Below the pieces are notes generated by a model. That model was given only the letters and a program-made list of their open reading frames with translations. It searched no databases and was not told where the DNA came from. A stretch of DNA of 64,000 bases, from the NCBI GenBank assembly GCA_951406725.2, contig OX597834.1, positions 16,988,001 to 17,052,000 of the forward strand, written 5' to 3'. Positions 56,227 to 64,000 of this stretch are shown here, one piece after another. The DNA comes from Octopus vulgaris. Taxonomy: Eukaryota. The first letter of the stretch is position 1; every line of letters begins with the position of its first letter. Made by a program: the position numbers and the translations under genes.

Positions 56227-56630
56227 AATATACATGCACCAAAAATGCATAAATATAAGTGATTCGGCCGAAAATAAATTAAAGAAATAAAAATGTTTTA
56301 CGGAAATTGCCGAACACTTTCATAATTCCTTTACCTTTATCGAAAAATGCCAAAAAAAAAAAAAAATTACATCGCGAGTCTCCAACTTCGATTAATTTTT
56401 TTCAAAGATTATTTTTTGTTAGAGATTTTTTAGCTTTATGTATCCTTTATGTATGATGATGGAGAACAACAAACAACTAAATTATTATTGTTATTGTGCG
56501 CACGAAAGTTTAAAAAGTTATTTACTTTTTCGCATAATGTTTTCACTTGAGTCTCAGAGAGTCGGTTACATTCATATAACTGTTTAATCCATAGATCTAA
56601 TTCTTTAACTGTGCACTGGCTGTCAACCAT
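30223..56630 (-). CDS. Divergent PP2A catalytic subunit paralog; complete, 310 aa; join(56630..56526, 42170..41961, 37014..36841, 35089..35000, 33047..32886, 31694..31576, 30295..30223)
   Basis: Seven GT-AG exons of 105/210/174/90/162/119/73 nt = 933 nt, open frame to TAA. Motifs GDIHG, GDYVDRG, GNHE, HGG, LWSDP, SPRG, RAHQ and [10 protein letters not shown] are intact; C-terminus PDYFL. Confidence 0.93.
30763..31062 (+). mobile_element. R4/Dong-type non-LTR retrotransposon 3' end with (AAT)n tail
   Basis: [33 protein letters not shown]...[10 protein letters not shown] (with frameshifts), short UTR, long (AAT)n. Confidence 0.7.
31063..31567 (+). mobile_element. Second R4/Dong-type LINE 3' end (restriction-like endonuclease domain) with (AAT)n tail
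   Basis: [51 protein letters not shown]...VPVIVGSLG...[16 protein letters not shown]. Confidence 0.8.
31576..31694 (-). CDS. PP2A-C paralog exon 6
   Basis: [39 protein letters not shown] plus TT; 119 nt; CAG|GGT...TT|GTAAGT. Confidence 0.94.
32455..32835 (+). mobile_element. RTE-type LINE 3' UTR copy with internal ~67-bp tandem repeats
   Basis: TGGCACGTAA recurs at 32461, 32528, 32595 and 32658, followed by the common core and (GAT)n tail. Confidence 0.75.
32886..33047 (-). CDS. PP2A-C paralog exon 5
   Basis: [54 protein letters not shown]; CAG|GGT...GAG|GTAATT. Confidence 0.94.
33324..33545. mobile_element. piggyBac-type MITE
   Basis: TTAA-CCCTTTAGTGTTT ... AAATGCTAAAGGG-TTAA; partial copies at 1-160, ~47514 and ~61805. 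Confidence 0.75.
33552..33810. mobile_element. hAT-type MITE
   Basis: TIR CAGTGGTTCTCAACC / GGTTGAGAACCTATG; partial copy ~58396-58580. Confidence 0.7.
35000..35089 (-). CDS. PP2A-C paralog exon 4
   Basis: [30 protein letters not shown]; CAG|ATA...GAA|GTATGT. Confidence 0.93.
35201..35611. mobile_element. MITE with GG termini and ~8-bp TSD (Merlin-like)
   Basis: TIR GGATCTTTTCAGTTTGAC / GTCAAACTGAATAGATCC; flanks CAGCAACT / CATCAACT; internal CCCTAACCCTAA. Confidence 0.65.
36841..37014 (-). CDS. PP2A-C paralog exon 3
   Basis: [58 protein letters not shown]; CAG|GTC...GAA|GTAAGT. Confidence 0.95.
37428..37805 (+). mobile_element. Young 5'-truncated RTE-BovB-like LINE
   Basis: Open frame [21 protein letters not shown]...YFGHIMRR...[14 protein letters not shown]; (GATA)n tail; 13-bp TSD GTCTGATGTTGAA at 37415-37427 and 37806-37818. 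Confidence 0.9.
39951..40430. repeat. Minisatellite, ~4.5 copies of a 107-bp unit
   Basis: GATAAGACAGTAAG starts at 39951, 40058, 40165, 40272 and ~40375. Confidence 0.95.
40787..41045. repeat. Near-perfect ~120-bp inverted repeat (foldback element)
   Basis: TTGCAGCGTGGAAGGTGTTT...ACCGCGACCTGTT / AACAGGTCGCGGT...AAACACCTTCAACGCTGCAA with ~21-nt spacer. Confidence 0.92.
41212..41605 (+). mobile_element. Non-autonomous Helitron
   Basis: A|TCTTTATATATAAAA 5' end; 3' hairpin CCCGAGCAACGCCGGG followed by CTAG|T; no TSD. Confidence 0.8.
41961..42170 (-). CDS. PP2A-C paralog exon 2
   Basis: [70 protein letters not shown]; TAG|GCT...AAG|GTACGT. Confidence 0.95.
43078..43410 (+). mobile_element. 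tRNA-derived SINE of another family
   Basis: Head TGGCTTAGTGGTTAGAG...GAGTTCAATTCC; core TGCTCCAGTTCACCCAGCTG; related minus copy near 2290-2510. Confidence 0.65.
43875..44272 (+). mobile_element. Best-preserved copy of the dominant octopus-type tRNA-derived SINE
   Basis: Full head-body-microsatellite-tail; many related copies (e.g. ~12600, 15850, 24230, 26940, 30375, 32040, 35800, 39230, 41630, 44610, 45980, 59010). Confidence 0.88.
44278..44556. repeat. Foldback element with long imperfect inverted repeats
   Basis: CAAAATGGGACAA...GGTCATTCGAAGTTTTCTTTCC / GGAAAGAAAACTTCGAATGACC...TTGTCCCATTTTG; related single arm at ~42425-42605. Confidence 0.75.
48772..48918. mobile_element. MITE carrying degenerate telomere-like (TTAGGG)n
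   Basis: GGGTTAGGGTCAGGGTATAGGGCTAGGG... inside termini homologous to 13085-13172. Confidence 0.6.
51090..51530 (-). mobile_element. Penelope-like element reverse transcriptase remnant
   Basis: Reverse-strand [38 protein letters not shown], and a KVI*FNLP segment resembling IIWFNPP. Confidence 0.7.
51790..52487 (+). mobile_element. RTE-type LINE 3' end: ORF terminus plus long 3' UTR with ~65-70-bp tandem units
   Basis: DLQTLGLT...[17 protein letters not shown], then ~5 GTGCCGGTGGCAC-type units, the common core and (GAT)n tail. Confidence 0.75.
53500..54370 (+). mobile_element. CRE-clade-like non-LTR retrotransposon C-terminal remnant (Zn knuckle plus restriction-like endonuclease)
   Basis: [82 protein letters not shown]; degenerate and split by a MITE. 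Confidence 0.7.
54107..54338. mobile_element. hAT-type MITE with perfect 8-bp TSD
   Basis: TSD GATCATAG at 54099-54106 and 54339-54346; TIR CAGTGCTTTTCAAAC / GGTTGAAAACCACTG; internal 31-bp duplication. Confidence 0.88.
55400..56350. repeat. Two old foldback structures at the start of paralog intron 1
   Basis: TTTGTTTCCTCATAACTTTCAGAAAAAT / ATTTTTCTGAAAGTTATGAGGAAATAAA (~55416-55697) and TTCGGCAATTTCCGTAA / TTACGGAAATTGCCGAA (~55823-56314). Confidence 0.65.
56526..56630 (-). CDS. PP2A-C paralog exon 1
   Basis: [35 protein letters not shown]; donor AAA|GTAAAT. Confidence 0.92.
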
Positions 56631-57169
56631 GGCTTAAAATGTATGATAAACTTAACTGTAAACAAACAGAATAATAAATTTGTGTTTTTTTCTTTTAGAA
56701 AACTTAATATAATAAAATTGCAATAATTTGAGGTTAAAAAATTTTAGACATTAAGAATTAAAACTAACGTTTGAACGGAAGATAAATAAATATAAGTCCA
56801 GGAAATCACAGGTAGTCAATGTCTGTAGACTGATCAGAAGATCGTAAATATACGTTCGTACGATTAACAAGATTTGAATATAAGGCTAATGAAAATACGA
56901 GCTCGTTCAATATATATAGCATGGTGAGTTTTGTTTTATATTTACTTATATATGGACACGTATAATAAAACAAAAGGTGCAAGTATGTGTATAGCTTCCC
57001 TGAGACGAGCACCAGTGTCCATGACAGTTGGCCTGCACAATGTTCTGCAACAAATGCAACTAAATATTTGAAAACGTTCACTTTATTAAAATAAACACAG
57101 TAAAATACTTAAATGATTTTTTTTTTCTCTTTAAAAAATATTTCTTAATTGTCAAAATAGCAAAAATTT

Positions 57170-57260
57170 ATCGTTCAACCGGAAGTTAATATTTATTCGT
57201 TGCGAAAGTCAGATTAATCTTCCACCTTTTAGGTCTCTTCCTGTTGGCAGCCATTTGGCG
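57170..57260 (+). promoter_or_regulatory. RACK1 promoter and 5' end: ETS site, TCT/5'TOP-type initiator, downstream YY1-like motif
   Basis: ACCGGAAGT at 57178-57186; pyrimidine initiator TCTCTTCCT at ~57234-57242 followed by GCAGCCATTT. This is the usual layout of ribosomal-protein gene promoters. Confidence 0.6.
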
Positions 57261-57328
57261 TGGATCAGGTTATTTTTCTCTACGAGTTTAATCGTTAGGA
57301 ATCCTGATTGAAAACAACTAAAACAAAT

Positions 57329-57437
57329 ATGACTGAGCAGATGACCTTACGTGGAACCCTTAAGGGGCATGGTGGATGGGTTACACAAATCGCTACTAAC
57401 CCAATTAATCAAGATAATATTGTTTCTGCTTCAAGAG
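57329..57437 (+). CDS. RACK1: RACK1 exon 1 (coding part)
   Basis: ATG at 57329; donor GAG|GTAAGA. Confidence 0.96.
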
Positions 57438-60330
57438 GTAAGATGTACACATGTATCACTTAAAATGGAAAAAATGCCATCAGCATATTTACACGTTCTT
57501 ATACTAAATAGCTTTTCTCCTTCTGATGATTCATATTTATTTTATCTGGAGTCAATGTATGTCATGTTTGTTAACTATGGAAAATATTTCAATCATAATA
57601 CTTAGTATAAAATATATGTAAAACACAGTGCCGAAATCCTCTTCGAAATCGGTCTCTCACATCTTGCTTAGGATTCTAATATATCTTTGAGACGTTTGAA
57701 GAGTAAAACCCAACAGAATTTAACTTTTATGTTAGTCTTATGTAATTTAAATAGAGCAAGTTGCGATAGTTATACGATCGCGATTTTCATTGAAAAAATT
57801 TTGAACCTCTTCTCGTCCCATATTTTTTTTCACTTCCCTCATTTTAATTGCTATGATTTCGTGGCACCGGATTTTGTGTCAATGAATGCCATCTCGGAGT
57901 ATAACGTAGCCTTCACAGTTTTCACTACTAAATGTATTTTGTATGTGTTGATTTTATGGATATACTGTTATTACTGAAAGTACCTTTGCTCGGTGTAAAT
58001 TTAAATTACATACAAGATCATGGTGGAGGTAGGATGGAAAACCATTGCTATACGTGGACGTTCGTTTTAAGAACAACCTGCAGATGTGCTTTCTTTAATT
58101 GCTACCACCTGAATTCTGATAACTTGTTGATGTATACCTCTGCCTTTTACGTTTGAAGAATTCAGAAATAAAGAGTAAGATTTAAAATAAATGGAAGACC
58201 TCGGAAAATATTGGTGACCTGTGTCTTCATAAATCCGTTCTCTCTTACGAACGTCTACTGCAAGAAGTTGGTACACTAGACGAAAATAAATCTTCATTTC
58301 ACTTGGTCTGTATTTTTTTAACCCCCTATTCCTTCTTTTTGATAATATTCTTCACACTTGCATCCTTGAAATCCCAGTAACCAATTGTATTAGATCAATC
58401 GTCTCAACTTTTTTTTTGTACCTATGGACCCCTTTGATTCCCACTTTACTGGACCTACATAACCATTCGACGTATATAAAAAAAAAGGTCATATATTTTT
58501 ATAATGAAGTATTATTAGGAATTGTATAAAAAAAAATTTTAATATTTTGTGTATTGTAAAAGTATAAGCAATTTATTGCACTGTTTTAATTGTTCTAGTA
58601 CGAGTGTAATCCTATTAAATTCTTAAAACTTAATCACATTGTTCTTTTTATAGACAAAACTCTAATTCTGTGGCAGTTGACTAAAGATGAACAGCATCAG
58701 TATGGTTATGCCAAGAAATCCCTGAAGGGACACAACTATTTTGTGTCAGATGTGGTTATGTCATCAGATGGAAATTTTGCTCTTTCGAGTTCCTGGGACA
58801 AAACCCTGCGACTCTGGGATCTTAATCAGTAAGTAGATTCAAAGCAATAAAAAAAATGGCTTTATTAATAACAAGGATGGGAAAATTTTTAGTGCTGCAT
58901 TTCGCAAGATTGGACCATACAAAAAAAAATTCTTATTTCCCTGGTTCATAACGTTACCTGTTTTCTAAAGGTAGTTGGTGGAAAACTTGTTAAAAATAGA
59001 ACAAACAAGCAGGTGTGGTAAGAAGTTTGCTTCCCAATCACATGGTTCTGGGTTCAGTGCAACTGCAGAGCTTCATGGGCAAGTGTCTACTATTGCCCTG
59101 GGTTGACCAAAGTCTTGTAAAGGGATTTGCTAGATGGAAACTGAAAAAAATCTATACGTGTTTATACTACTTGAAATTGGTGTTGGTTTGTTTGGCTTAG
59201 CAGTTCAGCAAAAGAAACCTATAAAATATGTACCAGACTTAATGGATTTGGTAGACTGAAACTGAATGACACCTGTTGTGTGTGTATGTATCTGTTCCCC
59301 ACCACTGCTTGACAACTGGTATTGGTGTGTTTATGTCCTCATAAACAGGTTTGGCAAAAGAGACTGATACTACTGTGATTGATTCATTCAATTAAATTTC
59401 TTCAAGGCAGTGCCCCAGTCTAATGACTGAAACAAGTATTTAAAAAATTCAGTGCAGTGTTCATTTGATCAGGTGTATAATTATATTTGTAATATTTATT
59501 TAAACCTGTAGTCTTATGTAAACATTTACTAAATTATGTATTTTGTCATTTCATTCATGACGCAATAAAACGAAATCAACCCTAGCATGTCATTAAATAA
59601 TTATAATTGGGATTATTGTGTGGCAGTTATGAACACTTGCTCACACATACTGGTTCTGTTTCACCGTTATTATTAACCATTTACCTAATGTCATTGATGA
59701 GGTCTTGAATGGCAATGAAAAGGCTTTGACAAACTTAGCCAAATTATCAAACAAATTGATTAGTTGAATGGTTAAGTGGTTAACTAGTTGGCTAATAATA
59801 ATAATCCTTTCTACTATAGCACAAGGCCTGGAATTAATAGGAAGTGGGTTGTTGGTCAAACCCCTAACTTGACTAGTACTTGTCAATCCTGAAAGGATGA
59901 AGGGCAAACTTGACTGGCAGAATTTGAACTCAGAACATAAAGACATGAAATACCTCAAAGCATTTTGCCAGCTTGCCACCTTTATAATTATAAGTGAAAC
60001 AACCAGTGTGTGTTTATTATTAGCATAATGACCCTCTTAGGATACACTAAAAATTGAACCAGTATATGGATGCTTTTAGTATTCCTCTCTTTCAATAAAA
60101 TTCCCTTGTTACAGCCTCCAAAAGAAACAAGTTTGGAAATTGTATTTTCTTCCCTGACTATATATGCATTTTTTTTATCCAGATCCATGATGACACGAAG
60201 CTTTGTTGGCCATAATAGAGATGTCTTGAGTGTTTCATTTTCAAGTGACAATCGTCAGATTGTATCCGGCTCCCGTGATAAATCCATCAAACTTTGGAAT
60301 ACCCTTGGTGTTTGCAAATACACTATTACT
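57329..60330 (+). CDS. RACK1: RACK1 (receptor for activated C kinase 1, 40S WD40 protein); partial gene, join(57329..57437, 58654..58828, 60183..60330); continues right of the window
   Basis: [144 protein letters not shown]; GT-AG junctions; exon sizes 109/175/148 parallel the vertebrate gene. Confidence 0.97.
58654..58828 (+). CDS. RACK1: RACK1 exon 2
   Basis: TTTTTATAG|AC AAA...AAT CA|GTAAGT. Confidence 0.96.
60183..60330 (+). CDS. RACK1: RACK1 exon 3
   Basis: TTTATCCAG|A TCC...ACT|GTGAGT. Confidence 0.96.
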
Positions 60331-60749
60331 GTGAGTTGACCTATTGATTTGCTTTCACATCACCCAAATGCAAATGTATTATAATCATGCACCTTACTAA
60401 ATGAGTGTGTATTGTCACCGTCATTCAATGTCCCCTTTTTCCATGCTGGCATGGGTTGAAAAGAGGGACGTCCTAAGTTCTGATATCTGCCTTGGCATGG
60501 TTTCTGTAGCTAGATGTCTTTCCTAATGCCATAAGTGCTGTTCTCATGACTGGCACTGGTAAGGTCACCGAGTATTCACAAGACGAGACCCTCTCAACTG
60601 AGTTCGGTATAAGTATTTAGGGATAAGAAAGTAGGGTAAATGGACAGGGAGCTGGTTTCTTGCCGAAGAGGGGAATACATGACTTAACCCTTTTGTTACC
60701 AACCTGGCTGAAACCAGCTCTGTAGTACAAATGTCTTGTTTCCATACGT

Positions 60750-61110
60750 GATACTTACAATTAAAGAACTTGCTTTTGTCAATTTCTACAACCAATGGCT
60801 GTCCATCAGCATCTAAACCACCAATTTCTATGGGATTCTGTTGGGGCCAAACGCGACATTACACCAATCCACAATTGTAGTTCGACTGCTGACAGAAGAC
60901 TTGTGTGTAATATCTTGAGACATATCTCGTGCCCATCAATGACATCACCACGCGTAGTAAGGCCACTGGTGAATTGCAATTTTCACAAGTATACATATTT
61001 ATAATTAGCTGACGCTGTGCTAACCACTGAATGTTGTCTCCAGCTTCTCCTAATTGAATGATAGTCCACAATTCCTCTAAGATTTGCGAGTGAGGATTTC
61101 ATGTTTAGGA
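60750..61110 (-). mobile_element. Merlin (IS1016/ISXO2-like) transposase remnant in RACK1 intron 3
   Basis: Reverse-strand NIQWLAQRQLI..YTCENC, TIVDWCN, QQNPIEIGGLDADGQPLVVEIDKSKFFNCKYH (VEIDES-like motif). Confidence 0.7.
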
Positions 61111-61479
61111 ACACTGAATTGCTTCTTTTACTAATCTCCCCTTAATTTTTATTTACTTTTTTAATAACCTTACTGAACAATTAGCCTAAATCCACTCAAA
61201 AAGACTGATTGGCCCCAAGACTATAGTAGAAGACTTTTGCCCAAGGTGCCATGCAGTGGGTCTGAACCTAGAGCCATGTAGTTGGAAGCAAACTCTTTCC
61301 ACACTACCACACCTATTCCTATCAATGAGGTGTATTCCATTATTTAAAATTTCCTGCTGCTCTCATATTAAATGCTGTATTCTATTTGAAATTGTCATCT
61401 TCCAGTTTAGCTTTTAATATCAGGTGTTGTTTTCAACAAGCTCTAAAACTATTATCACTTAGGTCATAACTCTTTATAT

Positions 61480-61550
61480 CTGACTCAATGATGGAAAAAA
61501 ATTGTATTAGCTATTGATGTAGAATGAGAACACCTATTTCTGAGAGTCAG
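61480..61550 (+). ncRNA. Box C/D snoRNA candidate, copy A (18S-directed guide); intronic in RACK1
   Basis: 7-bp terminal stem CTGACTC/GAGTCAG; box C ATGATGG at 61488; box D CTGA at 61540; TGTATTAGCT is antisense to 18S AGCUAAUACA; near-identical second copy at 63819. Confidence 0.72.
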
Positions 61551-63067
61551 AAAAACAAACGCTTGACCTGTTTAACCCTTTTGTTCTATTTCTGTTGAAA
61601 TGTGATAATTTTGTCATCAATAAGTGAGTTAGCGGCAGATTTGTTAGCACGTTAGGCAAAATGTTTAACGGCATTTCTTCAGGCTTTACGTTCTGAGTTC
61701 AAATTCCTCCAACGTCGACTTAACCTTTTATAACGGCGGTGCATCAGCATGGCTGCAGCTCTGAGCTGAAACTAGAGAGAAGAAAAAAAGCTGGTATTTG
61801 GAATTTAACCCTTTGACATTTAAACTGACTACATTTAACCAAAATAATCTCTGTTTTATCTTCAGCCTGGCTAGATCTGGCTTCTCACACTTACCATACA
61901 ATATTATTCTAGAAATAAACAATCATAAGATAATGCATGATTAATTTAAATCAATGTGTATAAACATCACATTTGACAGAATAATCTGATTGCTAAAGGG
62001 TGATATATATATACATAAAACTTTCAATTTAGATTGCTTCAAAATGGGTTTGTATCATTAACCCAAGGGTGGTCTCAAAGGGGTTAGTATTAAAAGGATT
62101 GATAACTAATCTATCAGGCAGTGAATCCATACAAAAGCTCTGATTCACTTTCAATTATTAGGTAGCAATTACAACATCCTGGTGATATGGGGGGCTGTGA
62201 AGAAAACAGTCCATTCTTTCGCACAATGAACTTTTTACATTTTTTTCTGTGGTTGTGATGTTTACTTCATTAGTATATGAAGGAGACTAGATTTTAGGTT
62301 TTGTTTGTGTTTATTGAGCCCTCGTGGTTGTAACAGATGTATGTATTTGAGGCATTGTTGTGAAGACTTTGTTAGTCTTCTCACAAGCACTGATATTGTT
62401 TGACATGTGTAAGCCTTATAAGGCATTACTGGAAAGCTAAATACAACTGGTACATCCTTATGCATACACAGATTGGTTGTCCTACAGACTTCCTGAATGC
62501 TGTACAGTATTATGATGGATGATGTGGTTGAGCTGGATGTGAACGATCTTGATCAGGTAGTACCATTTCACCCGAGACTGTCCTGGTTCTTAATATCTAG
62601 ATCATTTTATTGTTTCAGTCATTTGCATGTGACCATGCTGGGGTACTGCCGTGAAAGGATTTAGTTGCCTCACCCACCCACAGAAGTACTTTTCAAATTT
62701 TTGGAAGCCTGGTACTTATTTCATCAGTCTATTTTGCCGAACTGCTAAGTTACGGGTTTGTAGACAAACCAACACCAGTTGTTGAGCGGTGGGAGACAAA
62801 ATACATATATACTATGATCTTTCAGCTTCCACCAGGGTTATAGCAGAAGACTCTTGCCTGAGGTGTCAGACAGCCACATCTGTGCCTATATGAATTAGAA
62901 CCTTTTTTTTTATTTATTTCATATAAGTATTTTGCTAATTTTCTGAATTCCTCTATTTAAAATTTGAGAGTCTTGTGAAATGACAAATTTGGAGTGTGAA
63001 GATAGGCTGTATAGCAAACTCGTATTTTAACCAGAAAAAATTTTGTGGGGTGGGATTCTCTTTCTGC

Positions 63068-63130
63068 AGTCCAATGATTTAAACCTATTTCATTATCTTT
63101 TGTGCTGATAATCCTGCAATTATGAGGACT
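63068..63130 (+). ncRNA. SNORD96: Box C/D snoRNA, SNORD96 (U96)-like, predicted guide for 5.8S rRNA Gm75; intronic in RACK1
   Basis: Terminal stem AGTCC/GGACT; box C ATGATTT at 63074; box D ATGA at 63122. Guide TCCTGCAATT lies directly before D and is antisense to 5.8S AAUUGCAGGA; its fifth nucleotide pairs with the G methylated as Gm75. Vertebrate SNORD96A is hosted by RACK1. Confidence 0.75.
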
Positions 63131-63818
63131 TGCAATTTTCTTCATGGCTATATTTGCTTTGCTTGCTTTTACAGATTTGTATGGTTTAGAAGTAATTTTT
63201 CTTAACTCCATAATCTGCTATATTTTGTCTCGTACAAGTTCCTTCAATTTTTTCCCTTATTAGTCTTGGTTATAGGTACAGGCATGGTTGTGTGATCAAA
63301 AAGTTTGCTTCCCAACTATATGCTTTCAGGTTCAGTTCAACTATTTGGCACCTTAGGCAAGTGTTTACTATAACCCCAGACTGGTCAAATCCTTGCCATA
63401 ACATCCAGTGGTAGCTGTAAATGAGTGTCACTGTCATACAAGTGGTGTTCTTCAATTCCAGTCTTCTAAACATGTTTGGCCATGGAGAAATATTACCTTG
63501 GAAACAGTTGACGATTACTGGCGGGAAGAGCATCTAGCCATAAATAAAATTTACCTTAAACCATTCTGTCCAAACCATGTGGGCAGAGAAAAGTAGATGC
63601 TCAAACCGATGCTGCTGCTGATGAATTAATCGCAGTAACATGTTTTGTAGACACTCTCAAACTTAGGGCAAAGTTGTGGTTGATGTTAATTTTGAACTTT
63701 TCCTGGAAAAACATTGGTGAGTTAAGAATTCTAGAGGACTTAAGTTCTGGGAAGGAATGGTTAGTGTGCAGTGTACTAATTAATACTTTGCTAACCAAAC
63801 AACATTAATCCCTATTTC

Positions 63819-63887
63819 AGACTCAGTGATGGAAACAATTGTATTAGCTATTGATATGGAATGAGAACACCTTTTTTCTGAGAGTCT
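63819..63887 (+). ncRNA. Box C/D snoRNA candidate, copy B; intronic in RACK1
   Basis: Stem AGACTC/GAGTCT; box C GTGATGG at 63826; box D CTGA at 63878; same guide as copy A; flanks unrelated to those of copy A. Confidence 0.72.
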
Positions 63888-64000
63888 TCACATTATATTG
63901 ATGTTGTTTGGTTTATCAATCAATGTATAAAGGCCTTTTGTGACTCTGTTTTAAATAAAATACACTGCCTATGTTTTCCATTTACCTTCTCTACCCACAA

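Noticed and set aside
30223-56630. Paralog as PP4 or PP6 catalytic subunit (GDIHG, V-x-DYFL tail)
   Set aside because: Exon 3 ([22 protein letters not shown]) and exon 6 (GNQAAIM) are PP2A-type, and exon boundaries and nucleotide similarity match the neighbouring PP2A-C gene
30223-56630. Paralog as a pseudogene or haplotype assembly artefact
   Set aside because: No stops or frameshifts, intact splice sites and catalytic residues; ~30% divergence in exons 1 and 4 and unrelated introns exclude an allelic duplicate
57850-57980. SNORD95-like snoRNA in RACK1 intron 1 (ATGATTT...ATGCCATCT...CTGA)
   Set aside because: Only a 9-nt resemblance, no convincing terminal stem, and the expected AGAGGCTGTT guide is absent

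Overview
Eukaryotic, AT-rich, repeat-dense genomic DNA. The SINE families and (AT/AC)n microsatellites suggest an octopod cephalopod (inference). Three spliced protein-coding genes were reconstructed by hand from GT-AG junctions. (1) A conserved PP2A catalytic subunit gene on the minus strand, exons 1-4 from 20498 down to 1167; it continues off the left edge. (2) A complete, intact but divergent tandem PP2A-C paralog on the minus strand, 7 exons from 56630 to 30223, 310 aa, ending ...HPVPDYFL. (3) RACK1 on the plus strand, exons 1-3 from 57329; it continues off the right edge and lies head-to-head with the paralog, ~700 bp ATG-to-ATG. RACK1 intron 3 holds a cluster of box C/D snoRNA candidates: a SNORD96-like guide for 5.8S Gm75 and two copies of an 18S-guiding snoRNA. 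The two PP2A genes show patchy identity (exon 3 ~95%, exon 4 ~67%), consistent with gene conversion over the catalytic core. The rest is SINEs, LINE remnants (RTE/BovB, R4/Dong, CRE, Penelope), MITEs (piggyBac, hAT, mariner, Merlin-like), a Helitron, foldbacks and microsatellites. Most ORFs in the supplied track are spurious.
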